Below are positions 23,371 to 36,000 of a stretch of DNA of 64,000 nucleotides, piece by piece. Position 1 is the first letter of the stretch; every line of letters starts with the position of its first letter. The notes below the pieces were generated by a model. The model was not told the DNA's origin. It worked only from the letters and a program-made list of their open reading frames with translations, and searched no databases. The position numbers and the translations under genes were made by a program. This stretch comes from Azolla caroliniana. Its lineage: Eukaryota; Plantae; Polypodiophyta. The stretch is taken from contig JBHGNT010000014.1 of NCBI GenBank assembly GCA_043228905.1, forward strand, positions 5,022,001 to 5,086,000, in the 5' to 3' direction.

Positions 23371-26300
23371 CATAGGATTCAATCAAACAGTAGTCGACCG
23401 AACAAAAGTTCAAACAAATACACACACATATATATACATAGTCATATATGTATATGAGATAAGTGAGTCTTTATATAGAGAGAGTCATATTAGTTGCATA
23501 TATATGTGGGATAACTCACTGAGAAGAAAACAGTGAGAAAAGCACGAAAGTGAACCCTTCTCGGTTTTCTCCTTTCCACGTGATTTTCACATTGTTGTCG
23601 AAAAACTTCATGACATTCACCCCCACCCAACTGCACGTCCTCCGGTACGTGCCAATAAGAGAGAGAGTGAGATTTTGGCTACGATGATTAGTATGATTCC
23701 TCCACGTCCTCATTGACCTCGCTCACGTTCCCGGGTTCCGCGCTATCATCTTCATTGTTGAGGTCGTCGAGGTCAGGACCCTCATCTTGTCTTTTCTTGA
23801 AGATCTTTACTCTTTTCCCCACAATGGGTATGGGCAACCTTGATCCGTCTAGCTCCACAAGGTGGTAGGTGGCATTGTCGTTGGCCCTCGTCACCACATA
23901 TGGTCCGAACCACCTTCTTGTGAACTTTCTTGTTGTCTTGTGTTGATTGTCAAGGCTGATGTTGTAGATCAATACCCAATCTCCTTCTTCGATTTTCTTG
24001 GGACGCAGTTGATGTGTCTTGTCGAACCGAATCTTGTTCTTCACTTAGGCTGCCTCCATTATCTTTCGCGCATTTTGGAGATCTTCAGGTCTTCTTTCGA
24101 GTTGCCTTATTCTTGCCGCTAGTAATTCTTCTCGGGTCATCTCGCTCTCCCATGGTATCGCTACCCAAGAGGCAATCGTCTTTTTGATGGGCATTACCGG
24201 TTTCTGCCCATACATAAGCTCTGCTGGCATATACCCTGTCATAGAACTGTGCGTAGTTCTGTCGGCCCACAAGGCATAGGGCAATAGTCGCGACCAGTTC
24301 CCGACTCAACTATCACATGCTCGTACGATGTCTTTGACTATCAATCTTCCCATTTTCTTCCAGATTGTAGGCAGCCGTGAGGGAGAGCTTCACGCCTAGT
24401 CGTTCGAACAGCTCCATTGCTTCGCGTGCGTCCAACTCCCCTCGGGCAGCCACTATCTTTCCTACACATCCGTATCGGTAGACGACCTCTTCGAGTAGAA
24501 ATTTGCAAACGGCTAACGTCGCCTTATTTTCCAAGGCTCGTCCTTTTACCTGATTTGTCAGGTCTTCGCTTGCCAGTACCAAGTACTTCATCTGTCCCAC
24601 TCCCATCGGCATCCAGACTAGATCCACCATCCATTTGAAGTGTATGGTGAGTGGGTATGTTGCTCGTAACTCATCATGGTGACATATGTTCGAATGTACT
24701 TGGCAGTTTTCGCATGTGGACACAAAATGAAGTACATCTTTATACATGCTCGGCCACAAGTACTTCTCCTTTAGCTTTTCAAACGTCACCTATCTTCCTC
24801 TATGACCTGCCCAAGGACTCTCGTGGAATTCAGACATTAGCTTTACTTGGTCCTCTCTCTTCACCACTACTCGACGTGGCATTCCTGTCCTTCTCTTTGG
24901 GTACTTCCAGAGGAATCCTCCCTTCAAAAAGTATTGGTAAGCTTTCTTCGGGATTCGTAGAGCCTCCTCCTTCGTCCACGAAGCATCCATCGTCATTGTT
25001 CTCAAGAACCTGCCGATTAGTAACCACTCTCCCTCGTACTCGTTCTCGTTGAAGGTATGGAGGTTTGGCGCATCCTTGTTTTCTGCCGACAGAAGGGCCA
25101 TCTTGAAGAAGTCGAGGGTGACGTCTTCATCTTCCGAAACCATGTCACTTTCATTATTGAATCTTGCTCTTAACAGCATATCCGCCATGGCGTTGTTCTT
25201 TCCTGCAATGTGGTGGATTTCTGGGTTCAAAGACTTGATATAGGCGATCCACCTTAGCATGGCCTAATCTGGTGTCGCACATCCTGAGATCATCCCGAGG
25301 ATTGGTAGGCAATCCGTGTCAATTATCACTTCCGACCCGATCAGGTAGTCTTTATCTACCTTCACCGCAGACCCGATCCGGTAATCTTTGACTTGGGCAT
25401 ATCCTTGATGTTGTTCACTGAGGACCTTTGCTCCAAACTGGATGGCATACCGTGCACTATCTTCTCCTTCTTGGTTGATGACCCACCCGATTCCGGTTGG
25501 GCTCGTATCCACAGTCACATAAATCGGCTTTCCTTCTGTATAGTCGACCTTTCTTAACACTAGAGCTTCAAGAAGTAGTTTCTTCAATCTTTGCATCGCG
25601 TTTGTATACTCCTCTTGCCATTCAAACTTCTTTCTTTCCTTTAGCAATCCATAGAATAGCTCGATGACATGAGCGTAGTGCGGAATCCAGATATGATAAA
25701 AGGCACACGCTCCCAAGAAGCTTCGCACCTCTGTCTGGGATATACATTCTTCTCGCATCTCTTGAATAACATTCACCTTCTCAAGAGAGGGTTTCCGTCT
25801 GTATGGTCCGCAAAGATGTTCCACTACTAGGACCTCGCGTTGGCCGAATGCCGACTTTTCTCCAATAATGTGAGCCCGGCTCCTTCTAGTCTTTGTAGCA
25901 CTCTCTCGCAGTCTTCAATATGGTTTGAAACAAATATTCGACATCCATCTTGATCTAAAGTTTCGTCCTTTTCTGATTCAGGGCACCCCTTTATAGGGAT
26001 ATCATCGAGGAAAGGGATCGTAATATCTGGGATGCAGTCTCTTAGTACTTTGTTCATGGCATTTACCATGTGTGGTACAGAGTTGGTTGCGCCTTGAGGT
26101 AGGGTGCACATCTGTACCAATCCAATCAGAGTCCTCATTGTTGTGATGTCTCTGCTCTCGACTGCTAGTTGAAACTAATCGTAGCCGGAGTAGAGATCAC
26201 CAATAGAATAAATGGACCTTCCCGCAAATGCTTCTGTGAACTCATCGATACTTGGACCGATCCCGACATTGTGGATCGTCACTTTATTCACTGGTTGAAG

Positions 26301-27321
26301 ATCTTGTATGAACCTTAACGTTCCATTCTTCTTTGGTACCGTGAACCACCTATTCGAGTAAGGAGCATTCGACGGCTCTAGAATTCCCATCTCGACCTTC
26401 TCTTTCAAGAGCCTGATTAGCTTCGGAATGTGTGCTCTTGGGACCGGTTTTGGTTTCAGGCTCCATGACACATGTGGTATTGTGAATATCACCATCGGTT
26501 CTATTATCTTTGGATCGGTGCATCGATTTCATTTGGATAGAAAGCAAATGCTTTCCCATGTCTTTCGAGCATTTCCCGAAATGCGACGTCCTCTTCTGGT
26601 AAGAGAAATTCATCTTTCCCAATATGAAGCTTCTCTCTTGTCTCTTTAGTGAGGGCATGTCTGATTCCTCTCGGATCTCGTAGGCTTGGATCATGTGCAA
26701 CTTTCTTCATTCTTTGCCAACTATCCTCAGGTAGTGGAATAGCAACAACCTTCACTTTCTTGTCCACCATCTTGTATTTCGTATTCACTTCGACTTTCTC
26801 TGACATGATACTTTGACTATACTCATAGATGCCAACGTACATGTTGATGGAGTTTATCTGAATTGATCTCTGGCTACGAGGTCCCAAGTCCACAACATTC
26901 CCCATTTCGCCAATGGTGTCATTAAATGAGGCTTCCTCCATTACCCATTTGATGCTTTCATCTCTTTCCAATATTTGTTCTTCCCTTAAGGTTTCCTCGA
27001 AGCTTTGCATTCGAGACTTTTCTTCTTTGCCAAACGTATTGATTTTGCACACTCCATTATAGGCTACATGCAAACCTCCTTTCGCAAATTCACGAGCTTT
27101 TCTATCTTCTTTGGCAATACGCTTGTTTGGACTATTCACCCCCCTCTTGCAAATAGCCCATCCTAAAAATCCGAAGCATCTTCTCCGAGACAATCTCGAT
27201 TCCTTTCGTGGTTGGCACGTACAGTCAAGAATTGCACGACCTTCTTTCCATCAAGACTCCTTACTCGAGCAAATGCCGCACCATTGTTGAACACTTTGGT
27301 TTCCATCCGGGACGAAGTTAT

Positions 27322-30300
27322 TGTTGAGCGGCAAGCTCAACCGGATCCAGATCAACTGGACAAGCCTGAGCCGGATCGGTATCCGGAAATAGCCCGCCAG
27401 ATCGAGGAGACGGATCGGGGAGCTGGATTCGAGTATGAACCGGAAGCCTAATAGTAGCCTAAACTACTAGGTAATCATTGTCTCGTAGTTAGTGTCAGTC
27501 GCTCGTATGAGCATTGAAGTGCATAATAATTCTGTCAGTCCCTTTGAGGACTTGTATAAATAGTGTTGTTTAACACATTGTATGTATAGTGTGTTTTTAT
27601 TATTTTGAATCTACATTTATGTTCTGCTCTCTCTGTCACTCCCGCGTATACCCTCTATGTATTAAGCTTCTCCATTAAACCTTCTGTTAGGATTTCGGTC
27701 CCTCCGGATGGGATATAAGTACCCGGCAAGGAAGACCCGGTGAGAACCGGATGATGCAGGCCCGGTGAGAACCTCTCACCGGATGAAGGGACATATATAT
27801 AAATATGTCTCTGTTAGCACATTGTGCCTACATTTGTAAATAGCCCGAAAGTGATATTAGTATAAATATGACCTAGGGCAAACAGAGTATGATGATGCAT
27901 AGAGTTATTGGTGTAACTACTGTATAGAGCATAACAAAGAGAGAGAGAGAGAGAGAGAGAGATTCTCTACTGTAACCGCCGCCAGGCGAAGAGTGTGAGC
28001 ACGAGGTCGTTGCCTCTGTGCCCCCTGTTGTATTCTTTGATATAGTAATAGTTTGGAGTTTGTGGGCTCCCGTGTTTTTTCCCTCTTAGGGTTTTCCATG
28101 TTAACATCTCGTGTACTCTCCTGGTTACAATTTCTTTGTGTATACGTGTATCTATCTCTACATTCCCATTTCTGTGATTGTAATTCTCAACTAAGTGATC
28201 GAAGACTCGGTTCTGGCTGAGCATTATTCCGCATATTCACGTCAATCTGGTATCAGATCGAAACAACATAGAAAATGGAAGATTCATTTGGCAGCATGTT
28301 CAAGCTCACCGGCTCCAACTACTTAGTGTGGAAGTCGAAGAGGAGGGACATGCTCGTGGTTAAAGATCTTTGGTTGCCGGTTCAGTTTGGGGACAAGACA
28401 TCGGACAAGATCAATGCCACGATACAGGAGGTGATGCACATGAAGACAACGACGTACATACGGTGCTTCATCGACATGAGCCTGTACAACAACTTCAATG
28501 AAGAGAGCAAGGCTCATGAGCTCTGGGAGAAGATCAGCATTATGTTTCAGAACAAAAATGTTGTAAATCTGGTTTCGGTATTTCGGAAGCTAGTGAGGCT
28601 CCGGTACCAAGATGGCTCTAGTATGGCAGAGCACATGAATGCCTTCCAGGGTCTGATTCACCAAGCAACCTCGTTGGAAGTACCTCTCGCAGATGAGGTA
28701 CTTGCTTTACTCCTGCTCGGTTCCCTCCCGGATAGCTGGGAGATGTTAGTTGTCACGTTGGGCAACGCCGGGCCGGAAGGAAAACAACTATCCCTAGCAA
28801 GAGTGAAGTCGAGCTTGCTAGATGAGGAGGCGCGTCGAAAAGACAAGGATACGAGCTCCGACTCCAAAGGGCTCCTAACCGAATCGGAACGCGGAAGACA
28901 AAGGAATCGTAGTCCCTAGAACCGGGAAAAGTCGGGGATACGGTCAAAGTCAAGAGGGAGGCGTACTTGCTTCTATTGCGGCAAGCCAGGACACTTTCAG
29001 AAGAACTGTTGGCACTTCCGAAAAGACAAGGAAACTGACGGAATGTGGAAGACAAAGGAACCGTAGTCCTTAGAACCGGGAAAAGTCGGGGACATGGTCA
29101 AAGTCAAGGGGGAGGCCTACTTGCTTCTATTGCGGCAAGCCAAGACACTTCTAGAAGAACTGTCGACATTTTCGAAAAAACAAGGAAACCAATAGTACCA
29201 ATTCGAAGCGGTCACCGAACCGGAGGGGGCCAGAACGGAGGGAACGACGACAATTGCGGCAAGTGAAGAGGAGTTGATGCTCATCTCCGAGGAGAGTGAG
29301 TTGAACCTTGCCGACGACGAGACAACATGGGTTGTCGATTCCGGAGCGTCATTCCACTTGACCCCGGACCGGAAATGCTTCTCATCCTACATAGTCGGTG
29401 AGCACGGTTGTGTCCGGATGGGGAATGAAGGTCCATGCCGAATTGTCGGCATAGGAGACGTGTGATTGACAACACCAACCGGATGCAAGCTAATGCTGAA
29501 GGATGTCTGACACGTTCCGGAGGTTCGACTGAACCTGATATCAGCCGGTCGGCTAGACGATGAAGGCTACACGGGTAGCATCCGGAACGGAGTCATGAAG
29601 TTCAACAAAGGGAGCCTAATAAGGGCTCGGGCCCGGAAATTCAACACTCTGTACCTAATGAAGGCCCGGTTATGCCGGGAAGAAGTGAACATTGCATTCA
29701 ACACTGTTGGTGAGCTGTGGCACAAGAGATTGTGTCACATGAGCGAGAAGGGGATGAAGAGGCTTGTCTATGAAAACCTCATTCCGGTGAAAGACATGCA
29801 TCTTGAGAAGTGAACCGACTGCCTGGCCGGTAAGCAAAACCGGACCTCCTTCCGCTCAAGGCCACCGATGAGACGTAATGCACCACTGGAGTTGGTGCAT
29901 ACCGATGTGTGTCAAGTGGACATGAAGTCACATGCCAGATCGTAGTACTTCGTGACATTCATAGGCAAGCACAACTGGAAGCTGTGGGCCACATCGTTGA
30001 AGACGAAGGATTAGGTGTTATCCGCCGTCAAGGAGCTCCATGCGAGAGTGGAAAGAGAAACCGGCCGGAAGCTGAAGGTGGTTCGAGCAGATAACGGAGG
30101 AGAATATCGGGGGCAGTTTGAGGAGTATTGCCGCTTGAAGGGAATCCGGCTCGAATTTACCGTGCCGAAGACACCAGAGCTAAATGGGCTGACCGAGAGG
30201 ATGAACCGAACCATAATGGAGAGGGTCCGGAGTATGCTAGCACCTGCAAAGCTACCCAAGACGTTTTGGGCTGAGGCACTGTTGACAGCGACGTATGTGA

Positions 30301-33087
30301 TAAATAGATCACCCTCAGTACCCTTGGACGGAGACACGCCACAGAGACTATGGACCGGTAAGGAAGTGTCTTACCGGCACCTGAAGGTGTTCGGGTGTCT
30401 CGCCTACGTGCATGTTGCAAAGGACCGGAGAGCAAAGTTGGATCCAAAGTCCCGGCCTTGCATATTCCTCGGATATGGTGATGATGAGTTCAGCTACCGA
30501 GTGTGGGATCCGGTCGACAAGAAGGTTTTCAGGAGTGGAGATATTATCTTCATGGAATTGGAGAAGAAGATAATGAACTCTGAGTCGACTGGTAAGAACC
30601 GATTCGGTGAGATGCAAACCCAACTGGCAAAGAGCCGGTTAACACTCGAGGAACCGGCCGGTTACGGAGAGGACACCGAACCGGCAGAAGAAGAAGAAGA
30701 AGCAGAAACCGGAACTAACCAAGATCCCGAATCGGATTCGGATGAAGAACAAACAAAGGAGCCAAAAACCAAAGACATAGATATCCTCTTAGAGAGAGAA
30801 GGGCGCCCCAGAGACATAGATATCCTCTTAGAGAGAGAAGGGCTCCCCGGAGATTTCCGGATCTAGAGCATGTACTACTGACCGATGAGGGGGAGCCGAA
30901 AACCAAAGACATAGATATCCTCTCAGAGAGAGAAGGGCGCCCCGGAGATTTCCGGATCTAGAGCATGTACTACTGACCGATGAGGGGGAGCCGGAAAGCT
31001 TCGAAGAAGCTAAGAGAGACACCCACAGTAGCAAGTGGTTGAGTGCCATGTAGGACGAGATGGATTCCCTGCATGAGAACCACACGTATGAATTGGTGGA
31101 GTTGCCGAAAGGAAAGAGGGCACTCCGAAACAAGTGGGTATACAAGCTGAAACCGGGAGATGTCAGCAACCCCAAGAGATACATAGCCAGGATCGTGGTG
31201 AAGGGGTTCCAGTAGAAGAAGGGTGTGGACTTCGATGAGATATTTTCCCCGGTAGTAAAGATGACTTCCATCCGGACGGTGCTGAGCATAGCGGCAAGCA
31301 TGGACCTCGAGGTAGAGCAGTTAGGCGTGAAGACGGCGTTCCTTCACGGTGACCTCGAAGAAGAGATCTACATGCAACAACCGGAAGGATTTTTGAAGAA
31401 AGGGAAGGAGCACCTAGTTTGCCGGTTGAAGAAGAGCCTCTACGGTTTGAAGCAGGCTCCTCGACAATAGTACCGGACATTCGACTCCTTCATGACCAAC
31501 CAAGGGTACCACAAGATGTAGGCTGATCACTGCGTATTTGTGAAGAAATTCGATGGAGGAGACTTCCTGATATTGCTCCTATATATGGACGACATGTTGA
31601 CCGTCGGACAGGAGCAAGCGAAGATTCAGATGCTGAAGAAGGCCCTTCACCGGACTTTCTCAATGAAAGACTTGGGTCCGGCAAGACAGATACTAGGAAT
31701 GCATATCATCCAGGACCTGTCAAAGAAGCAATTGTGGGTGTCACAGGAGAAGTACGTGACAAATGTGCTTCAGCGGTTCAACATGTCAGATGCGAAACCC
31801 GTCGAATCGACACTCCCGGCAAATTGTAGGCTATCCAGTAAGCAAAGCCTGAAGACAAAGGCAGAGAAGGCGGATATGATGAAGATACCATATGCCTCTG
31901 CCGTCGGGAGCTTGATGTACGCAATGGTGTGTACCCGACCGGATATCGGATACGCAGTCGTAGTGGTGAGCCAGTTTATGAGCAATCCAGGCAAGGAGCA
32001 TTGGAATGCGGTAAACTGGATACTCCGGTACTTGAAAGGCACCTCAAGTATGTGTCTCCGATTCGGCTCCGGTAAACCCCAACTTGACAGTTTCACCGAT
32101 TTGGATATGTCGGCTGATGCGGATACCAGCCGGTCAACATCCGTATATGTCATGACGTATGCAAGCAGAGTTGTGTCATGGCAGTCCAGCTTGCAGAAGA
32201 CGGTTGCATTGTCAACCACGGAGGTGGAGTACATGGCAGTTGTGGAAGCCGGCAAGGAAATACTATGGATGAAGGACTTCATCGAAGAACTGGGGATCCG
32301 GCAGGAGGAATACCGGTTCTATTGCGACAGTCAAAGTGCCACCCACCTTGCGAAGAACGCGACGTATCATTCCAGGACGAAGCACATCCAGAGAAGGTAC
32401 CACTGGATCTGGGAGCGAGTGGAAGATCGAGAGTTCATGCTGACGAAGGTCCACACGGAGGAGAATGGGTCAGATATGTTGACCAAAGTGCTGACACCCG
32501 GCAAGGAAGACCCGGTGAGAACCGGATGATGCAGGCCCGGTGAGAACCTCTCACCGGATGAGGGACATATATGTAAATATGTCTCTGTTAGCCCATTGTG
32601 CCTACATTTGTAAATAGCCCGAAAGTCATATTAGTATAAATATGACCTAGGGCAAACAGAGTATGATGATGCATAGAGTTATTGGTGTAACTAATGTATA
32701 GAGTGTAACAGGGAGAGAGAGACAGAGTGATTCTCTGTTGTAACCGCCGCCAGGTGAAGAGTGTGAGCATGAGGTCGATGCCTTTGTGCCCCCTATTGTA
32801 TTCTTTGATATAGTGATAGTTTAGAGTCCGTGGGCTCCCGTGGTTTTTCCCTCTTAGGGTTTTCCACATTAACATCTCGTGTACTCTCCTGTTTACAGTT
32901 TCTTTGTGTATACGTGTATCTATCTCTACATTCCCATTTCTGTGATTGTAATTCTCAACTAAGTGATCGAAGACTCGGTTGTGGCCGAGCATTATTCCAC
33001 ATATTCACACGTCACCTTCATCTTATTCTCTGTTGCTATCCGGCTGAGCCGGTTCTGTCTAAATGCTTCCACACGTTAACATTAACA
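27322..33087 (+). mobile_element. Bryco-like Copia solo LTR (27322-27684 plus 33015-33087), split by a Tork-like element
   Basis: Starts TGTTGAG..CAAGCTCAAC and ends GCTTCCACACGTTAACATTAACA, like the LTR at 3481-3853; TSD GTTAT/ATTAT. Confidence 0.82.
27685..33014 (+). mobile_element. Ty1/Copia (Tnt1/Tork-like) element, near full length, degenerate
   Basis: 5' LTR 27685-28244 and PBS TGGTATCAGA. Domains: gag, PR WVVDSGASFH, INT RADNGGEY, RT LLLYMDDM, RNase H YCDSQSA...RTKHI. 3' LTR is 5'-truncated and ends at 33014. Perfect TSD CCTTC. Confidence 0.95.
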
Positions 33088-36000
33088 ATTATGTATGGTT
33101 GCCCAAGAATGATGGGATGGGATGCCAAACTTGAACAAAAAATTGTTGATCTATGTCGACATCGCCAATCGTGATGGGGATATTAGGACATGCCCCATTG
33201 AAGTCTTCGCTAACTTTCGTTGCCGCATGGATCTTCCAGCCATGATTCGTATTTATGGGCCATCTTCCCTTTTTGTAGACCTCAGTCGACATAAGGTTGA
33301 TCTTGGACCCATGGTCTATTAAAGCTACAACTGTCTCTTTTCTCTCTCCCAACTTTACTGGTGTCTCCGTCGTCGCTCACGCCCAATGAGGCCAAGTATA
33401 GTGATTGTCCACCATATATTCATCGATTTCATCCCCTTCCATTGTTATGGCATTGGCTTTTGCTTTTAGTGGCTTCTCTTCTTCCTCATCCGACTGTTGC
33501 CGTTTTCTCTTTACGAGGTCCACGATTGTATCATGGAACTCCTTTCTAATACCGAGCAATTCCCTCAAGGACAAGGTCACGTGGCTGTCAAGAACACGTT
33601 CCTCGAGAATCTTCTTCAGGTTTGTTGTCTGTTCTATGTCCGACCTTAGTTTATAGGTAGGCATAGTTCTTGTCTTCCGAACAGGGTCTTCGACATCAAC
33701 CCTCACGGGCCGAACCAATTCTTTGACTCATTTGCTCGACTCCCCTTTCCGGCTTGAGTCTCCATCCTCCGTTCGTAAAGCTCGACTTGATTCTACATAT
33801 TCTTTCTTTTTCGCTTTTAGAGACATAGACTAATGTAAGCATTAGTTAAGGATGGAATATAGATGAATAGATAGATCTAGATAGAGAGGAGAGAGAGAAA
33901 GAAGGGTGCCAATCCACCCAACGCCCCCCGAGCGAAGGGATCGAGACGGACTCGAGCCTCGATCGGTGTCCCATACCACCGCCTTGGCGTCGAGTCGTAC
34001 CTAGTGCTAGTGCGCTCACTACAAGAGTCGAACCACTCACGAACAACGTCTCAACGTAGTCAATAGATGATGAAATGAGGGTAGTTAGGCCTCTTTTTCA
34101 TAGCGATACCCAAGGCCCCCAGCCATGTTCACACTTGGCCTAATGGGTTGTCTCAATCCCAAGGATTAAAAGTAATGCTCCCCTTCTTTACACTCTTGTT
34201 TAACCCTCACACTTATCCACGTGTATAGAATACTACAGTAAATTCTGACCATGGGATATTATATGGTCATGCCCGTAACATACTCCCCCTCTTTAAAACA
34301 TTGCACTCTTGCAATGGAAAGTTAGGGAAGTTAGTTCTGAGAGTATTTTCGCGTTTCCATTTGGCATCTTTTATTGATTTATCCATCCATTTAATTTTAA
34401 ATTCTCGGATTTCTTTTGTACGTAATTTTTTTGTTTTAACATCGAGAATTATTTCTGGTACATGTGGTTTGGAAGATAAATCTTCAAAAGTAACCAGAGT
34501 TTCAGTTGTAACTGTATTGTCACCAGAACGCAGAAGTTCTTTTAGACGACTCACATGAAAGACTAGATGAATTCCAACACCATTGGGAAGAGCAAGATGA
34601 TAGGCTAATGACCCAATGTGTTTGAGGAATGTAAATGATCCACAAAACTGTGGGGCTAACTTAGCGCACTTACCCGTAGACAATGTCTTAGAATTGTGAG
34701 GTACACGTAAAAATACCTTCTGTCCAAGGTTGAATACACGAGGTTGCCTATGATGATCGGCATAAAAATGTGCTCTATCTTGAGCTATTTTTATATTATC
34801 TCGTGCAATATACAACATATCTTGCATATCCCAAAGAAAGTTTTGTGAACTTCACAACTCATCATGATGTATATTAACATCAATCGGGGCTCGTGGCTAA
34901 AAACCATACATCAACATAAAAGGACTATATCCCGTCGACGTATGCTTGGAGTTGTTATAAGCAAACTCAAAAATTGGGAGATAAACGTTCCCATTTTATT
35001 GGTTTTGCACCAACATATGCTCGAAGCATGTCCTTAATAATTTGATTTACTTGTTCTATCTATCGATCGGATTGAGGATGATCCGTGTAGCTCATGCTCA
35101 ACGTAGTTTCTAACTTCTTAAAGACTTGCGTCTAGAAATCACTAGTAAACTTTGGATCTCGATCACTCACGATATCCATCGGTAACCCATAAAAACGAAA
35201 TAACTCGTCAATGAATTGGTAAGCCAATTCAAGGGTTGTTACCGTGGTTTTAGTAGCAATAAATCTGGCCATTTTAGTTAGTCTGTCAACCACAACCCAG
35301 ATGACATCATGACCTTTTTGGGTGCGAGGAAGGCTAACAATAAAATCCATGGATATACTTTCCCACTTATTATTGGGAATGCCCAAGGTATGTAAAAGTC
35401 TTGTGGCTTTAAGTCGCTCGGCTTTGTTAACCTGACATTGGTGACATTTAGTCACATAGCTATGTATGTCAGGATGCATCTTAGGCCAATAAAATTGAGT
35501 GGAGATGAGAACAAGTGTACGATGTATTCCAGGGTGCCTTGCTGAGGGTGCATCATGGCATTAAAAAAGAATCCTCTTTTTGACCTCGGGTAAATATGGG
35601 TAGAGCAGACCGTTAGCAATGTGGAAGTATTCCTTCGAGGATGTGGTGGTCTCTGTTCCAGACTCAACTCTTGCCCAGTATTTCACAAAATAATTGTCAT
35701 CAGGATACTTTCCTCGAAGGTGATCATAAAGATCTGATGTTATTTCAATGAAGCTAAGAGCCTGTTAACTTCACGGATGCGACTTAGTGCATCAGCTACA
35801 GTATTCATGGAACCTTTACGATATCGTATGGAAAAATCAAAGTCTTGGATGAGATCAGCCGATCGTGCCTTACGACCTTTCAAGTCTTGTTGGTCACAAA
35901 AATATTTCAAGGACTCGTGGTCCGTAGTTACCACAAAGCAATTTCCATAAAGATAATGGCGCCATGTTTTGAGCGCATGTATAACTGCAAATAATTCCTT

